From: an uncultured Lysobacter sp. | GTDB taxonomy: Bacteria; Pseudomonadota; Gammaproteobacteria; Burkholderiales; Usitatibacteraceae | Length of the DNA stretch: 60,997 bases | Reading direction: 5' to 3' | Assembly: GCA_964576455.1 (NCBI GenBank) | Contig: CAZNWZ010000001.1 | Coordinates: 1-60,997 of the forward strand | Shown here: positions 59,089-60,997 of the stretch, piece after piece | How positions within the stretch are numbered: position 1 is the stretch's first letter | Layout: each line of letters begins with the position of its first letter | Notes under the pieces: model-generated | Databases searched by the model: none | What the model was told of the DNA's origin: nothing | Seen by the model: only the letters and a program-made list of their open reading frames with translations | Translations under genes and position numbers: made by a program

Positions 59089-59096
<8 letters not shown>
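58158..59096 (+). CDS. murB: UDP-N-acetylenolpyruvoylglucosamine reductase, 312 aa
   Basis: The FAD-binding PCMH domain shows [30 protein letters not shown] and GSVFRNP. The start may instead be the second ATG at 58164. Confidence 0.88.
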
Positions 59097-60014
<918 letters not shown>

Positions 60015-60018
<4 letters not shown>

Positions 60019-60740
60019 GGCCCGGCGCCGCGCTCCTGCTTCGCGCCGCGGGCGGCCTCGCGGCCGTCGCCGTCCTGGCGGGCGCGGGGTGGTACGGGTA
60101 CGACGCGCTCGCGCGCAAGCCCGTCGCGGCGGTGCGCTTCACCGGCGACACGGCTCGCGTGGCGGCCGTCGAGCTCGAGCGCCTCGCGGCCGGACTGCGG
60201 GGGCGCGAGGCGCGCGAGGTCTCCCTCGCCGCCGTGCGCGACGAGGTGAAGCGACTGGCCTGGGTGCGCGAATGCACGGTGCGGCGGGTCTTCCCGGGGG
60301 CGCTCGAGGTCGCCATCGAGGCGCACGTGCCGCTCGCCCGCTGGGACGACACCCGCCTGGTGAGCGTGCGCGGCGAGGTCTTCGCGGCGGACCACGACGG
60401 TCCGCTCCCGCGCTTCGCCGGGCCCGAGGGCGCCGCCGCCGAGATGGCCGCGGCGTGGGCGGGCGTGAGCCGCGCCGCGGCGGGCCTCGGCAGCCCGGTC
60501 GCGGAGCTGCGGCTCAGCGAGCGCCGGGCGTGGCAGGCGAGGCTCGCCTCGGGGCTGGTGATCGAGCTGGGGCGCGGCCAGGTCGAGGCGCGCCTGGCGC
60601 GCTTCGCCGCGGCCTGGCCGCAGCTGGCGGCGACGGCGGCGGGCGCCACCCACGCGGACCTGCGCTACCCCGGCGGGTTCGCGCTGCGCGGGGCGGCGCC
60701 CGAGCCGCGGGGCAACGCGCCGAAGGGACGGCGCGCATGA
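60015..60740 (+). CDS. ftsQ: Cell division protein FtsQ, 241 aa
   Basis: It starts at an internal ATG coupled (ATGA) to the ddl stop. An N-terminal TM helix is followed by a POTRA-like region (VRFTGDT...V) and an FtsQ-type domain. It sits between ddl and ftsA. Confidence 0.85.
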
Positions 60741-60756
60741 ACGAGAAGGCGAAACG

Positions 60757-60997
60757 ATGATCGTGAACCGCAACCGCGAGAACCGGAACGTGCTGGTGGC
60801 CCTGGACATCGGCACCTCGAAGATCGTGACCCTGGTGGCCGAGGTGACGCCGGAGGGCACGCTCAACCTGATCGGCATGGGCAGCCATCCCTCGCGCGGC
60901 CTGAAGAAGGGGACCGTGGTCAACATCGAGTCCACGGTGACCGCCATCCAGCGCTCGCTGGAGGAAGCCGAGCTCATGGCCGACGTGAAGATCCGCG
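60757..60997 (+). CDS. ftsA: Cell division protein FtsA, N-terminal 80 codons (truncated by the window edge)
   Basis: ATG 60757 gives MIVNRNRENRNVLVALDIGTSKIVTLVAEV...GLKKGTVVNIESTV, the canonical FtsA actin-fold start. The ORF runs off the window, so it is absent from the ORF track. Confidence 0.9.
   Translation, partial: MIVNRNRENRNVLVALDIGTSKIVTLVAEVTPEGTLNLIGMGSHPSRGLKKGTVVNIESTVTAIQRSLEEAELMADVKIR

Noticed and set aside
60737-60760. A 7-codon mini-ORF (MNEKAKR) bridging the ftsQ stop and the ftsA start.
   Set aside because: It is too short and has no SD. It is just the ftsQ-ftsA spacer containing the ftsA ribosome-binding region.

Overview
This is a high-GC window (about 70%) from a Betaproteobacteria-like chromosome and is almost fully coding. 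I found no rRNA, tRNA, CRISPR, IS element, integrase or prophage genes. Family calls come from motifs I recognise and from synteny; no BLAST or HMM search was possible.

Gene content, left to right:
- A J-domain gene start, then an S41 peptidase / UMF1-type MFS / YgiD-like dioxygenase operon.
- A DUF3047 gene.
- A tightly packed minus-strand array: bcsG, a HAD hydrolase, birA, coaX and a SPOR gene.
- A split cellulose-synthase locus: bcsB-bcsC-orf116-bcsZ, then an AT-rich leader and orf122-bcsA-bcsB.
- A Ser/Thr-kinase::class III cyclase fusion, a CPA2 antiporter with YbdK ligase, and a TPR::HD-GYP phosphodiesterase.
- DUF3144, a GlcD-like oxidase and a heptose-1-P adenylyltransferase.
- An eight-gene fatty-acid-modification cluster: flavoprotein, DUF1365, CFA-synthase-like, CHI-like, MFS, DUF3833, SDR and NTF2.
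- The conserved rsmI <> lpoA-yraN-diaA-dolP block, extended by a TPR methyltransferase.
- pyrC, DUF3025, RNase P RNA and a secreted histidine phosphatase.
- A complete dcw cluster from mraZ to ftsA (ftsA truncated by the window edge).

Observations most worth following up:
1. The bcs locus has two compositionally different BcsB paralogues, an orphan bcsG and two unassigned small coupled ORFs.
2. A tail-anchored kinase-adenylate cyclase fusion and an HD-GYP protein lie next to the bcs locus.
3. A 206-bp element with perfect 60-nt inverted arms overlaps the end of an MFS gene.
4. A family of 23-27 bp perfect palindromes occurs three times in intergenic DNA.

Many long ORFs in the six-frame track are high-GC artefacts and were rejected.
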